Assembly: GCA_045636605.1 (NCBI GenBank) | Contig: JAZTXV010000014.1 | Coordinates: forward strand, 44,557 to 108,556 | DNA length: 64,000 nucleotides | Reading direction: 5' to 3' | Origin: Eubacteriales bacterium | GTDB lineage: Bacteria > Bacillota > Clostridia > Oscillospirales > CAG-272 | Shown here: positions 30,516-41,027 of the stretch, in pieces | Layout of the letters: every line of letters starts with the position of its first letter | How positions within the stretch are numbered: position 1 is the stretch's first letter | Made by a program: the position numbers and the translations under genes | Notes under the pieces: model-generated | Databases searched by the model: none | Told to the model about the DNA's origin: nothing | Seen by the model: the letters and a program-made list of their open reading frames with translations, nothing else

Positions 30516-31136
30516 ATGAGAATTACTAAAAAAACAGCAAAAATCGCCTTAACCGTCTTTGTTTCACTCATAGCATTTCTGTTTTTGTGGAGCTTTATTC
30601 CAACTGTCGAGGAGTGCCAAATCTACAACTCCACAATAAGACTTCATATAATCGCAAATTCTAATAGTGAGAAGGACCAGGCAGTGAAGCTTAAGGTGCG
30701 TGACGAGGTGCTTTCGCACATTGAAAAATACGAAAGCGACAGCAGGGCGCAAACGCTTTCAATGATATCAACCGATAAGGAAAAAATTGAAAAAATAGCC
30801 AAGGATGTGCTCGAAAAAGAGGGAATTTACGATGATGTGTCCCTCGAAATCGGAAGGGAGGAATACCCCGTCAGATATTACGAGGGCTTCTCACTTCCCG
30901 CAGGAGAATATACCTCGGTAAGAGTCGTTATAGGAGAGGGAGATGGGCAAAATTGGTGGTGCGTGCTTTTTCCGCCGCTTTGTACTGCCCAAGCCATAAA
31001 ATACGACGACGAGGCATACGTGGACGTCGGTCTTACAAAGGAGCAGTATTATATGATAACGGGCAATAGCCCCGAATACGAGGTGAAATTTAAGCTTCTT
31101 GAGATTGCATCTCAGGCATTCGGCTTTAAATATTGA
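30516..31136 (+). CDS. spoIIR: Stage II sporulation protein R
   Basis: IRLHIIANS, LKVRD, LPAGEY, NWWCVLFPPLC. Confidence 0.95.
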   Translation: MRITKKTAKIALTVFVSLIAFLFLWSFIPTVEECQIYNSTIRLHIIANSNSEKDQAVKLKVRDEVLSHIEKYESDSRAQTLSMISTDKEKIEKIAKDVLEKEGIYDDVSLEIGREEYPVRYYEGFSLPAGEYTSVRVVIGEGDGQNWWCVLFPPLCTAQAIKYDDEAYVDVGLTKEQYYMITGNSPEYEVKFKLLEIASQAFGFKY

Positions 31137-31165
31137 AAAAGAGCTGTCATTGACAGCTCTTTTTC
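31135..31165 (+). terminator. spoIIR terminator
   Basis: gaaaaagagctgtca-t-tgacagctctttttc. Confidence 0.8.
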
Positions 31166-31241
31166 AAAAATTTACTTGCAATAGTCTTAAAAAAGTGTTA
31201 TTATATAGTAAGCATAAAAAGGACATAAGGGGGGATAACGG

Positions 31242-32096
31242 GTGTTCGGATATATAAAGCCACAAATTCCGGAGCTTAAGGTAAAGGAATTTGAGCTATA
31301 TAAGGCAACCTATTGCGGACTCTGTCGCACAATGGGAAAAACGACGGGGTGTATGTCGAAAATGACCTTGAATTACGATTTCGTGTTCTTGGTTTTGCTA
31401 CGCAAGGTGGCTCAAAAGCGTGCGGGCGAGATAAAGATGCGCCGTTGTATTGCCCATCCCTTGAAAAGACGTCCTATGCTCGAAATTGATGATACGCTTG
31501 AGTATTGTGCAAGGGCGAGCATCATACTTACCAAGTTAAAGCTTAAGGACAATATAAGCGATACCCACGGAATGAAGCGCTTGCTTGCCAAAATTGTGGG
31601 ACTTGTGGCTGTTTTCTTCAAAAAAACAGATAAAGGCCTGCTTGACCTCGAAGCATCAATCAAGGAAAAAATAGACGAGCTTAGCGCACTTGAAGCGAAA
31701 AATACCGACTCTGTTGACAGTGTTGCATCAATCTTCGGCTCGCTTCTTTCAATCGTTGCATCATACGGCTTAGAGGGAGAAATCGCCACCCTGTGTGCGA
31801 AAATCGGCTATCATTTGGGCAAATGGATATACATTATTGATGCAATCGACGACTACGAGGACGATATAAGGACAAAATCCTTCAACCCGATAGTAAATGC
31901 ATTCGGCACGAGCATCACCGACGAGGATAAGGACATTCTCAGAATTTCACTTATGCTGGAGCTTGACGAAATGAGCAAATACGTCGAGGCGCTTGACTTT
32001 TCGTCGCACCGTGACGTCGAGGGATTGATTAAAAACACCATATATCAGGGAATGGTAAATCAAACAAGAAGCATTTTGAATGTGAAAACTGTGTGA
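31242..32096 (+). CDS. Conserved hypothetical protein (DUF5685-like)
   Basis: MFGY.KP..ELK, YCGLC, LNYD..F, C..HP, LGKWIYIIDA.DD. Confidence 0.75.
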   Translation: MFGYIKPQIPELKVKEFELYKATYCGLCRTMGKTTGCMSKMTLNYDFVFLVLLRKVAQKRAGEIKMRRCIAHPLKRRPMLEIDDTLEYCARASIILTKLKLKDNISDTHGMKRLLAKIVGLVAVFFKKTDKGLLDLEASIKEKIDELSALEAKNTDSVDSVASIFGSLLSIVASYGLEGEIATLCAKIGYHLGKWIYIIDAIDDYEDDIRTKSFNPIVNAFGTSITDEDKDILRISLMLELDEMSKYVEALDFSSHRDVEGLIKNTIYQGMVNQTRSILNVKTV

Positions 32097-32171
32097 AAAC
32101 CCTTTACATAAAGGAAAATTTGTGTTAAAATAGTACAACAAAGCGAAAATAACCGTTTACGGAGGAATACA

Positions 32172-32759
32172 ATGACAGATCCATACAAGGTGCTTGGCAT
32201 ATCGCCGAGCGCAACAAACGAGGAGGTAAAAAGAGCATACAAGGAATTGGCTCTCAAGTACCATCCCGATAAAAACCCCGGACCTATGGCAGAATATGCC
32301 GAGTCCAAAATGAAGGAAATCAACGAGGCGTATGACGAGATTTTAAGACGACGTGCAAACGGAGACTATGGCACAGGCTCGTCCGGCTCGTCAGGCTCAT
32401 ACGGAAACAACGGCGCCGCAGAGGTGCTCAAGCGTGCCCGTCAAAGAATACTCAATGATCAAATCGTGGAGGCAGATGCCGACCTTGAAAGCATTTCTCC
32501 AAATCTAAGAAACGCAGAGTGGCATTACCTCAAGGCGTGCGTTTACACCCGCAGGGGTGCATTCGTTGACGCCATAAGACACGCAAATGCCGCTTGCAAT
32601 ATGGAGCCCAACAATATGGAGTACAAGATGCTCCGTGACAATTTGCAGGCAAGAGGAAACGGCTACGGCAGCCAAACCACATCGCACCCCGGTAACGCAG
32701 GCTGTGATATGTGTGACATTTGCTCGCTCCTTATCTGCCTTGACTGTATTTGCAGATAA
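32172..32759 (+). CDS. J-domain protein with TPR-like region and Cys-rich C-terminus
   Basis: DPYKVLG, YHPD, EINEAYD; ends [18 protein letters not shown]. Confidence 0.88.
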   Translation: MTDPYKVLGISPSATNEEVKRAYKELALKYHPDKNPGPMAEYAESKMKEINEAYDEILRRRANGDYGTGSSGSSGSYGNNGAAEVLKRARQRILNDQIVEADADLESISPNLRNAEWHYLKACVYTRRGAFVDAIRHANAACNMEPNNMEYKMLRDNLQARGNGYGSQTTSHPGNAGCDMCDICSLLICLDCICR

Positions 32760-32773
32760 GCAAAGAGAAAAAT

Positions 32774-33295
32774 ATGAAAAAAACTAAGCAGCTGACCTTC
32801 TGTGCGATAATGAGCGCTTTGGGAGTTGTGATATTACTGCTCGGCTCGGTTTTAGAGATTTTTGACCTTTGCAGCGTTCTTATTGCGGCAATTTTGATAT
32901 TCGTCGTATGCGAGGAGCTTGGCAACGCCAAGGCAATGGCAACGTATGCCGTATGTATGATTTTATCGTTTCTTATCGTTCCCTCAAAGCTTGTGGCGCT
33001 CGAATATTTGATATTCGGCTTCTATCCCGTGCTAAGAAGAATTTTGGAGGGCTATTCAAGGCCGATTTGCATATCTCTGAAGGCGCTTTATATGCTTGCA
33101 TCCGCTACGGCAACAATGGCAATTATCCGTCTTGTCTTTACCACGGCGGAGACGACCTCGCTTTTTTTGGAGATTGCAACTGCGATAATGGGCATCGCAT
33201 GCTTGATTTTGTGTGATATCGTGTTCAAGCGCTTTTCCAAATACTATCATATAAAGCTGAGAAAAATGCTCCGCATTGATAAATTTTTTAGTTGA
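32774..33295 (+). CDS. Hypothetical membrane protein
   Basis: About 173 aa, several hydrophobic helices; start MKKTK chosen. Confidence 0.75.
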   Translation: MKKTKQLTFCAIMSALGVVILLLGSVLEIFDLCSVLIAAILIFVVCEELGNAKAMATYAVCMILSFLIVPSKLVALEYLIFGFYPVLRRILEGYSRPICISLKALYMLASATATMAIIRLVFTTAETTSLFLEIATAIMGIACLILCDIVFKRFSKYYHIKLRKMLRIDKFFS

Positions 33296-33458
33296 AATAG
33301 TATAAAACCACGCCGAAAAAACGGCGTGGTTTTGTATATATATACAATATTTTAAGAAAAAAGTTGACAAAAACACACGTTATATATTAAAATATAGGTG
33401 AGCGCACGCTCAAGTGCGAAAAATATATTTAAATTATAGGAAAACCAAGGTAAAAATT

Positions 33459-34346
33459 ATGTTTAAAAGTATGACGGCCTTCGCAAGAGCCAGACAAACA
33501 GTAAACGGAAAGGATATCACCGCCGAGATAAAATCGGTCAATAACAGATATCTTGATTGCACAGTAAAGATTTCGAGAATGTATAGCTTTCTCGAGGACA
33601 AAATAAAGCAGTATATGCTTGCAAACGGAATTTCGAGAGGAAAGCTTGAAATTTACATAAGCGTCGATATGCTTGAGCAGCAGGGAGTGGAGATTGCGCT
33701 TGATACGGCATATGCAGAGTCTTACATAAAAGCGCTCTACAAGCTTCGTGATACCTTCGGCTTGCCCGACGATATAACGGTTTGCAAGATTGCCTCAAAC
33801 AGAGAAATCTTCAATGTCAAAAAGCCCGAGGACGATATCGAGGGCGATTGGGAGGACATAAGGGCCGTGCTTGACATTGCTCTTGCGGAATTTCTTGAAA
33901 GACGCAGAGTCGAGGGTGAAAATCTTCTTCGCAACATTCGTGAGAAGATTGAAAACATCAAGGGCTTCGTTGCCGAGATTGCAAGGAACTCAGATGCGGA
34001 CACTCACGAATATGCCAAGAAGCTCGAGGAAAGAATTGTTAAATTTCTTAACGATAACACAATTCAAATCGACGAGAGCAGAATACTCACCGAGGTCGCT
34101 ATCTTCGCAGATAAGATTGCGATTGATGAGGAGCTCGTAAGGCTTGACAGCCACTTTGATGCGTTTGAGGACATCGTCGCATCGAACGAGCCGGCAGGCA
34201 GAAAGCTTGATTTCTTGGTTCAGGAAATGAACAGAGAAACAAATACAATAGGCTCAAAGGCATCAAATGCCGCAACCGCACATCTCGTTGTCAATATTAA
34301 AAACGAGCTTGAAAAGATAAGAGAGCAAATACAAAACATAGAGTAA
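33459..34346 (+). CDS. yloC: YicC/YloC-family endoribonuclease
   Basis: SMTAFAR, KSVNNRYLD, GRKLDFLVQEMNRE.NTIGSK, IREQIQNIE. Confidence 0.93.
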   Translation: MFKSMTAFARARQTVNGKDITAEIKSVNNRYLDCTVKISRMYSFLEDKIKQYMLANGISRGKLEIYISVDMLEQQGVEIALDTAYAESYIKALYKLRDTFGLPDDITVCKIASNREIFNVKKPEDDIEGDWEDIRAVLDIALAEFLERRRVEGENLLRNIREKIENIKGFVAEIARNSDADTHEYAKKLEERIVKFLNDNTIQIDESRILTEVAIFADKIAIDEELVRLDSHFDAFEDIVASNEPAGRKLDFLVQEMNRETNTIGSKASNAATAHLVVNIKNELEKIREQIQNIE

Positions 34347-34356
34347 GGCGGAAAAT

Positions 34357-34614
34357 ATGAGGCTTATAAACGTAGGATTTGGAAATATGATTCTTGACCG
34401 CAGAATAGTTGCGCTCATTTCCCCCGAGTCAGCTCCGGCAAAAAGAGCCGTATCGGAGGCAAAGGACAGTGGCAGAATTATCGACTGTACAAGCGGAAGA
34501 AGAACGAAAAGCATAATAATCACAGACACCGACCACGTTGTTTTGTCGGCGCTTAACGCAGATGTGATAGCGCAGAGAATAAACGGTCAGGAGGGCGAGA
34601 TTACGGAGGGATAA
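34357..34614 (+). CDS. remA: RemA/DUF370-family regulator
   Basis: LINVGFGN, PESAP.KR, ID.T.GRRT; canonical position before gmk. Confidence 0.9.
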   Translation: MRLINVGFGNMILDRRIVALISPESAPAKRAVSEAKDSGRIIDCTSGRRTKSIIITDTDHVVLSALNADVIAQRINGQEGEITEG

Positions 34615-34615
34615 A

Positions 34616-35221
34616 ATGAGCAAGGGAATACTGTTTATCATTTCCGGCCCCGCAGGAAGCGGAAAGGGAACTGTCGTAAGACAGATAATAGACACGCACA
34701 GCGACATAGGGCTATCAATATCCGCAACGACGAGAGCGCCAAGGCCCGGTGAGCTTGACGGAGTGCATTACCATTTCATAACCAAGGAGCAATTCGAGCG
34801 TCTTATCTCGGACGGCGAGGTGCTCGAATACACCACGTATTGCGATAACTACTACGGCACACCCGTAAGGGCCGTGACCGATGCGTTAGAGACAGGCAAG
34901 GACATAATTTTGGAAATCGAGGTTGACGGCGCTATGCAGGTCAAGCGCAAGTTTGAGGATGCAGTTGCCATTATGCTCACCCCGCCCGACCTTGAAACGC
35001 TTGAGGGACGCCTTCGCTCCCGTGGAACCGAAACAGACGAGGTAATCAAAAGACGTCTTGCCCGTGCAAGAGAGGAAATCGCCATTTTGCCCGAGTATGA
35101 CTACTCTGTTGTAAACGAAAACGGAAAAATCATTGAATGTGCCGAGCTTATTTACAGTATAATAAGGGCGGAGCACGCAAAGACAAAGCACACAAAAGAG
35201 ATTATTAAAAAATTTATATAA
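34616..35221 (+). CDS. gmk: Guanylate kinase
   Basis: SGPAGSGKGT, TTRAPRPGE, YYGT. Confidence 0.97.
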   Translation: MSKGILFIISGPAGSGKGTVVRQIIDTHSDIGLSISATTRAPRPGELDGVHYHFITKEQFERLISDGEVLEYTTYCDNYYGTPVRAVTDALETGKDIILEIEVDGAMQVKRKFEDAVAIMLTPPDLETLEGRLRSRGTETDEVIKRRLARAREEIAILPEYDYSVVNENGKIIECAELIYSIIRAEHAKTKHTKEIIKKFI

Positions 35222-35239
35222 ATCAAAGGAGTAAAAGAA

Positions 35240-35749
35240 ATGCTTTATCCATCAATTCAAGAGCTACTCAAGGTTTCAACCGACGAGAACGGAAACGAAA
35301 GACTTAACAAGTACACGCTTGTTATGGCAACCGCAAAGTGCGCTCGTATTATCACAAACGAAAGTCGCCTTCACAGAGAAGCGGAAAGAACTGCTGCGGC
35401 AGATAAAAGAGATCACAAAAAGGAGCCTGTAAAGGACGAAAAGGCAGTAAGACGTGCAGTAAGAGCGCTTAATGCAGGCGAATTTGAGGTTCTTTTCGAG
35501 GGTGACGAGGGCTACGAGGATTCTGTAGTTGATGTTCGTGCGCTCGATGCAGAGCTCGAGGAGCATTTGCGTCTTATAGAGGAGCAGGAAAAGCTTGAAA
35601 AGAGAAGAGTTCTCGACAGAGATAAATATGCGCCAATGACGGCAGACGAGACCGACACGGCAGAGCTTATGGATGCCGACGAGGTTTATACCGAGAGCGA
35701 GGGCTTCGAGGAAAGATACGAGGATCCCACAATCTCCACAGAGGAGTAA
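35240..35749 (+). CDS. rpoZ: RNA polymerase omega subunit with long acidic extension
   Basis: MLYPSI..L, NKY.LV...AK.AR.I, K.V..A; position between gmk and priA. Confidence 0.8.
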   Translation: MLYPSIQELLKVSTDENGNERLNKYTLVMATAKCARIITNESRLHREAERTAAADKRDHKKEPVKDEKAVRRAVRALNAGEFEVLFEGDEGYEDSVVDVRALDAELEEHLRLIEEQEKLEKRRVLDRDKYAPMTADETDTAELMDADEVYTESEGFEERYEDPTISTEE

Positions 35750-35782
35750 TTTAAAAGAAGACAGTACGAAACGGAGGCGGAT

Positions 35783-38284
35783 ATGGTGCAAAAATATATC
35801 GGGGTTCATATATCGAATATTTCATATCACGTCGACATTGAGTATTCGTACAGCATAAGCAAGGAGCTTTTTGATACGGTTCGTATCGGTTCCATTGTAA
35901 TCGTTCCGTTCGGTGCGGCCGATAAGCCCACAACGGCGGTCGTTACCTCACTTGACGTACCTGCTCCGAGAGCGCAGGCAAAATCAGTTATCAGCGTAAT
36001 GAACGACTATTTGTCGCTTGATAGCGATATGCTAAGGCTCTGCTTTTTTATGAAAGAGCAATTCTTATGCACGATAGGCGAGGCTGTAAGGTGTATAGTC
36101 CCGTCTGCATTTGCATCTAAAACGGTCGAAAAATATACCGTAAGCGACAAATCAAGCGACGGAGTTCCACTCGAATGTGCTGATGTATATTTTGAAATTG
36201 AGAAAAGGCCGGGCATCACCCTTGATGCACTGAGAGCAAGGCTTGACGGAGCTCAGTCAAGGATATCGTGGCTATTAAGAAATAAATACATCACAAGACA
36301 GGTAACGCTTGAGGAAAAGGACAAGCTGAAATACGAAAGGGTTGTGTCCCTTGCTATTTCAAAGGACGAGGTACTGTCCTATATTGACGAGAGCTCCCCA
36401 AGAAAAATAAAATCAAAAAAGCAAGCCGAGATACTGCGGCTTCTTTGCGAATTTGACACACTTAGCGATAAGGGCATTTACGAGATGTCGGGCGCAACCT
36501 CGGCTCAGCTCAAGGCTCTTGCCGATAAGGGCTATGTAAAAATAGAGAAGATACCCGTAATGCGTGATCCGTATGCAAGCGCAAGGCATACCGCCACAGA
36601 GGACGTCGTATTAAATGACGAGCAGCAGGCGGCGCTTGACAGCCTAAGAGAGCTTTACGAAACGGGCGAGCCACACGGTGCGCTGCTTTACGGAATAACG
36701 GGTAGCGGAAAAACCAGCGTCATAAAAAAAATGATAGACGTTGTTGTGTCAAGCGGCAGGGGCGTAATTGTCCTTGTACCCGAAATATCGCTTACCCCTC
36801 AAACCGTTTCCGTGTTCTGCGGATATTACGGAGACAGGGTTGCCGTTATTCATTCGGCTCTGAGCGACGGAGAGCGCTTTGACGCATACAGAAAAATAAA
36901 GGACGGAGAAATTGATGTCGTAATAGGTACACGAAGCGCTATCTTCGCTCCCGTAAGAAACCTCGGTATGATAGTTATCGACGAGGAGCAGGAGCATACC
37001 TATAAATCCGACACCAACCCCAAATATCTTGCCCACGATATTGCGCGCTTTCGTTGTGCATCATCGGGCGCTCTTATGCTTTTGGCCTCTGCAACTCCGT
37101 CAATAAATTCATATTTCAAGGCATTAAACGGTCAGTACAAGCTTGTAAAGCTTTGCCACAGATACGGAAAGGCAACTCTGCCCGACGTAATAATAACTGA
37201 TATGAAAAGAGAGAGGGCAAACGGAAATACGAGTGTGTTCTCCACAAAGCTCGCATCGCTTACCGCACGCACCCTCGACGATAAAAAGCAGGCAATTCTG
37301 TTCTTGAACCGCCGTGGCTATCATAGCGCCATTGCGTGTAGCGAATGTGGAAGGGTAATCGAATGTCCACGGTGCTCGGTTGCAATGACCTACCACTCCT
37401 TCAAAAAAATAGACGGGGAGCTTGATAGCGAAAATTCTTACAGAATAATGAGTCAAAGCGGACTTATCAGATGCCACTATTGCGGCAATCAGTCAAGAAT
37501 ACCGAGGGAATGTCCGTACTGTCACTCCGAGGCGCTTGAATATGTGGGCTTTGGCACTCAAAAGCTTGACACGGATCTGACAGAGCTGTTTCCCGAGGCG
37601 AGAACGCTTCGCCTTGACGCAGACACAACCTCAACCAAAAGCTCCTATGAGCGTATCTTAGGCTCGTTTTTGCGAGGCGAGGCAGACGTAATGATAGGCA
37701 CTCAAATGGTAACAAAGGGACATAATTTCCCGACAGTTACCCTCGTTGGAGTAATGCTTGCCGATATGATGCTCTACACAAGTGACTTTCGTGCCGCAGA
37801 GCGTACCTTTTCTATGCTCACGCAGGTGATAGGACGTGCAGGCAGAGCCGAGGATAAGGGAATTGCCGTAATCCAAACCAATTCTCCGAATGACCGTACG
37901 ATTTTGTACGCCGCAGAGCAGGATTACGAGTCGTTCTATCAAAACGAAATCCAAATAAGAAAGGCATATCAGTTCCCGCCGTACTGCGACCTTGCGGTAA
38001 TTACCATAGCATCACCGAGCGAGACAACCCTGCAAGATGTATCTCATAGCGTGCTTGATAGCCTTCAAAAAATGCTGCAGGGCACATCGTTGCCCGCCGC
38101 CGCATACGGCCCGTTTGATGCGCCCGTATATAAAGTGCAGGGTAGATACAGAAAAAGAATCATTTTAAAATGCAAGTTAAATAAGCAGCAGCGAGAAATT
38201 TTGAGCCGCCTGCTTATCGAATATACAAGAGGCTCGAGCAACAGATATACTCTGTCAATAGACCTAAATCCGTCGAGCCTGTAA
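35783..38284 (+). CDS. priA: Primosomal protein N'
   Basis: GITGSGKT, PEISLTPQ, DEEQE, CxxC clusters, QVIGRAGR. Confidence 0.97.
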   Translation: MVQKYIGVHISNISYHVDIEYSYSISKELFDTVRIGSIVIVPFGAADKPTTAVVTSLDVPAPRAQAKSVISVMNDYLSLDSDMLRLCFFMKEQFLCTIGEAVRCIVPSAFASKTVEKYTVSDKSSDGVPLECADVYFEIEKRPGITLDALRARLDGAQSRISWLLRNKYITRQVTLEEKDKLKYERVVSLAISKDEVLSYIDESSPRKIKSKKQAEILRLLCEFDTLSDKGIYEMSGATSAQLKALADKGYVKIEKIPVMRDPYASARHTATEDVVLNDEQQAALDSLRELYETGEPHGALLYGITGSGKTSVIKKMIDVVVSSGRGVIVLVPEISLTPQTVSVFCGYYGDRVAVIHSALSDGERFDAYRKIKDGEIDVVIGTRSAIFAPVRNLGMIVIDEEQEHTYKSDTNPKYLAHDIARFRCASSGALMLLASATPSINSYFKALNGQYKLVKLCHRYGKATLPDVIITDMKRERANGNTSVFSTKLASLTARTLDDKKQAILFLNRRGYHSAIACSECGRVIECPRCSVAMTYHSFKKIDGELDSENSYRIMSQSGLIRCHYCGNQSRIPRECPYCHSEALEYVGFGTQKLDTDLTELFPEARTLRLDADTTSTKSSYERILGSFLRGEADVMIGTQMVTKGHNFPTVTLVGVMLADMMLYTSDFRAAERTFSMLTQVIGRAGRAEDKGIAVIQTNSPNDRTILYAAEQDYESFYQNEIQIRKAYQFPPYCDLAVITIASPSETTLQDVSHSVLDSLQKMLQGTSLPAAAYGPFDAPVYKVQGRYRKRIILKCKLNKQQREILSRLLIEYTRGSSNRYTLSIDLNPSSL

Positions 38285-38295
38285 GGGAGATAAAA

Positions 38296-38757
38296 ATGGC
38301 AATACTTAAAATCGTAAAAAAAGGAACGGACGAGGAGTTTTTGAGAAAAAAGAGCCGTCCCGTTGAGCAAATTACACCGAGAATAAAAACCTTGCTTGAC
38401 GATATGATACAAACGATGCGCCACGCAAACGGATGCGGACTTGCCGCTGTGCAGGTCGGTGTTCTTCGCCGTATCGTTGTAATCGAAACGCCAAACGAGG
38501 GACTTTTTGAGCTTATAAATCCACGCATAATCGCAACGGCAGGCACGCAGGAGAGTGAGGAGGGCTGTCTTTCCATACCGAACGAATGGGGAATGACACG
38601 TCGCCCGATGTACGTTACCGCAAGAGCGCTCAACCGTGACGGCGAGGAAATAGAAATCAAGGCGCAGGGACTTTTGGCGAAGGCAATTTGTCACGAGCTT
38701 GACCACCTTGACGGAATACTTTATACCGATAAGGTAATCAAAAAAATCGAGGACTGA
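38296..38757 (+). CDS. def: Peptide deformylase
   Basis: GCGLAAVQ, EGCLS, HELDH. Confidence 0.97.
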   Translation: MAILKIVKKGTDEEFLRKKSRPVEQITPRIKTLLDDMIQTMRHANGCGLAAVQVGVLRRIVVIETPNEGLFELINPRIIATAGTQESEEGCLSIPNEWGMTRRPMYVTARALNRDGEEIEIKAQGLLAKAICHELDHLDGILYTDKVIKKIED

Positions 38758-38759
38758 GA

Positions 38760-39689
38760 ATGAGAATACTTTTTATGGGAACGCCCGATTTTGCGGCAAC
38801 CTCGCTTAAGGCAATTTATGAAAGCGGAGAGCAAATTGTGGGCGTTGTTACAACACCCGATAAGGCAAAGGGCAGAGGAATGGTGTTGACTCCAAGCCCC
38901 GTAAAGCAATATGCGCTTGATGCGGGACTTTCGGTTTATCAGCCCGTTACCCTGAAGGACGGCGCATTTCTCAACACGCTGAGGGAGCTTGAGCCGGAGC
39001 TTATAGTCGTTGTTGCATACGGAAAAATTTTACCTCAGTATGTGCTCGATTTTGCAAAATACGGCTGCATAAACTCTCACGCATCGCTTCTTCCTAAATA
39101 CCGAGGAGCCGCACCTATTCAAAGGGCAATAATTGACGGAGAGGGCGAAACGGGCGTAAGCATTATGCAAATGGATGCAGGTCTTGACACAGGAGATGTT
39201 ATTCTTGTGGAAAGAGTGGAGATTTTGCCAAGCGATAATTTTGAGAGCGTTCACGATAAGCTTGCCATAGCCTCGTGCAACGGGCTTCTTCGTGCAATCT
39301 CGCTTTTTAAGGCGGGAGCTGTAACACGAGCAAAGCAGGGCGAGGGCTTCACCTATGCCGAAAAAATCACAAAGGAGGATTGCGTTGTCGATTTCACAAA
39401 ATCCGCCAAGGCAGTCCACAATCAAATAAGAGGACTTTCCCCGATTCCTCTTTCCTTTACACGAACACCCGACGGAAAAATTCTTAAAATTGTAGCATCG
39501 CATCTGTCCGATGTCGCATCTGGCGGTGCAAGACCGGGCGAGGTAATCAAGCTTGATGCGTCAATTCACGTTGCGTGCGCAGACGGCGCCGTGGCGCTTG
39601 ACATAATAGTACCCGAGGGCAAGGGAAGAATGAATGCAAGGGACTATATAAACGGAAGAAAAATTGCCGTATCCGACATTCTCGGATAA
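38760..39689 (+). CDS. fmt: Methionyl-tRNA formyltransferase
   Basis: FMGTPDFA, HASLLPKYRGAAPIQ. Confidence 0.97.
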   Translation: MRILFMGTPDFAATSLKAIYESGEQIVGVVTTPDKAKGRGMVLTPSPVKQYALDAGLSVYQPVTLKDGAFLNTLRELEPELIVVVAYGKILPQYVLDFAKYGCINSHASLLPKYRGAAPIQRAIIDGEGETGVSIMQMDAGLDTGDVILVERVEILPSDNFESVHDKLAIASCNGLLRAISLFKAGAVTRAKQGEGFTYAEKITKEDCVVDFTKSAKAVHNQIRGLSPIPLSFTRTPDGKILKIVASHLSDVASGGARPGEVIKLDASIHVACADGAVALDIIVPEGKGRMNARDYINGRKIAVSDILG

Positions 39690-39725
39690 TATTCATCTGA
39701 TATACACAAGGAAAGGGCGAATAAA

Positions 39726-41027
39726 ATGGACAATCCAAGGAAATTAGCAATAGCATCGCTTGTAAAGGCGGAGCTATCCTCTACTTATTCGAATATTGAG
39801 ATTAACACGGTTATTTCTCGCTCCAAAATGTCGAAAATTGACACCGCGCTTTATACGGCTCTCTATCTTGGCGTTACGGAGAAGCTCATAACCCTTGACT
39901 ATCTTATTTCAAAATACTCTCAAAAGCCGATAGAAGAGCTTGATATAGAAACAAAAAACGCACTCCGTCTTGGATTTTACCAGCTTCTGTTTATGGACAA
40001 AATTCCCGACTATTCGGCTGTGTCGGAAACTGTGGGGCTTTGTCCAAGAAGGTCAAAGGGCTTTGTCAATGCGTGCCTGCGCTCGTTTATAAGAGATGAT
40101 AAGGAGCTTGTCCTGCCTGACGATAAATGGCAGGCGATTTCCGTTTCTACATCAATACCTGTGGCTATAATTGACATATTCAGACAATCCTACGGCGACG
40201 ATAGCGCCGAGAAAATTGCCGCCGCACTTTCAAGGCAAAAAAAGGGCATTACCCTTAGAATAAACACCCTTAAAATAGAGCCGACATTGCTTAGAAAAAA
40301 GCTCAAATCCCGTTCGATTCCATACACTCACCACGGCTTTTCGGAGGACGTGCTATTTGTTAGCGCTCCAATATCCGATATTATTGACCTAATCGAAAAG
40401 GGCTACTGCTTTGTGCAGGACGTGGCATCACTTGCGTGTGTACGTGCGCTCGGCGCATCGGCGAATGACATAATGCTTGATGCGTGTGCGTGTCCCGGCG
40501 GAAAGACCTTTTCAAGTGCAATAGATATGGCAAACAAGGGCGAAATCTATGCGTGCGATTTGCATAGCAGTAAGCTTTCGCTCATAACAAGCGGGGCGCA
40601 GCGCCTTGGAATTGAGATAATCAACGTGCTTGAGCAGGATGCAAAGCTTCCGAGAGCCGATTTTATCGAAAAATTCGATAAGGTGCTTTGTGATGTGCCG
40701 TGCTCGGGGCTCGGAATAATTTCAAAGAAGCCCGATATAAAGTACAAGAGCATTGAGCAAATACAAAATCTGCCCGCAGTACAGCTTGCAATATTGAAAA
40801 ACTGCTCGTCATACGTCAAAATAGGCGCAGATTTGGTATATTCCACCTGCACGCTGAACAGAGAAGAAAACGAGGGCGTTGTCGAGCACTTCCTTCAGGA
40901 AAACGACTCCTTCGAGCTTGCCGATTTTCAAACGGGCGACATAAGGGCGAATGGTATGTTCACGTTTATGCCGTATGAAAACGAATGTGATGGCTTCTTC
41001 ATCGCAAAGCTGAAAAGGATTAAATAA
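39726..41027 (+). CDS. rsmB: 16S rRNA m5C967 methyltransferase
   Basis: NusB-like N-terminus, DACACPGGK, DVPCSG, YSTC. Confidence 0.93.
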   Translation: MDNPRKLAIASLVKAELSSTYSNIEINTVISRSKMSKIDTALYTALYLGVTEKLITLDYLISKYSQKPIEELDIETKNALRLGFYQLLFMDKIPDYSAVSETVGLCPRRSKGFVNACLRSFIRDDKELVLPDDKWQAISVSTSIPVAIIDIFRQSYGDDSAEKIAAALSRQKKGITLRINTLKIEPTLLRKKLKSRSIPYTHHGFSEDVLFVSAPISDIIDLIEKGYCFVQDVASLACVRALGASANDIMLDACACPGGKTFSSAIDMANKGEIYACDLHSSKLSLITSGAQRLGIEIINVLEQDAKLPRADFIEKFDKVLCDVPCSGLGIISKKPDIKYKSIEQIQNLPAVQLAILKNCSSYVKIGADLVYSTCTLNREENEGVVEHFLQENDSFELADFQTGDIRANGMFTFMPYENECDGFFIAKLKRIK

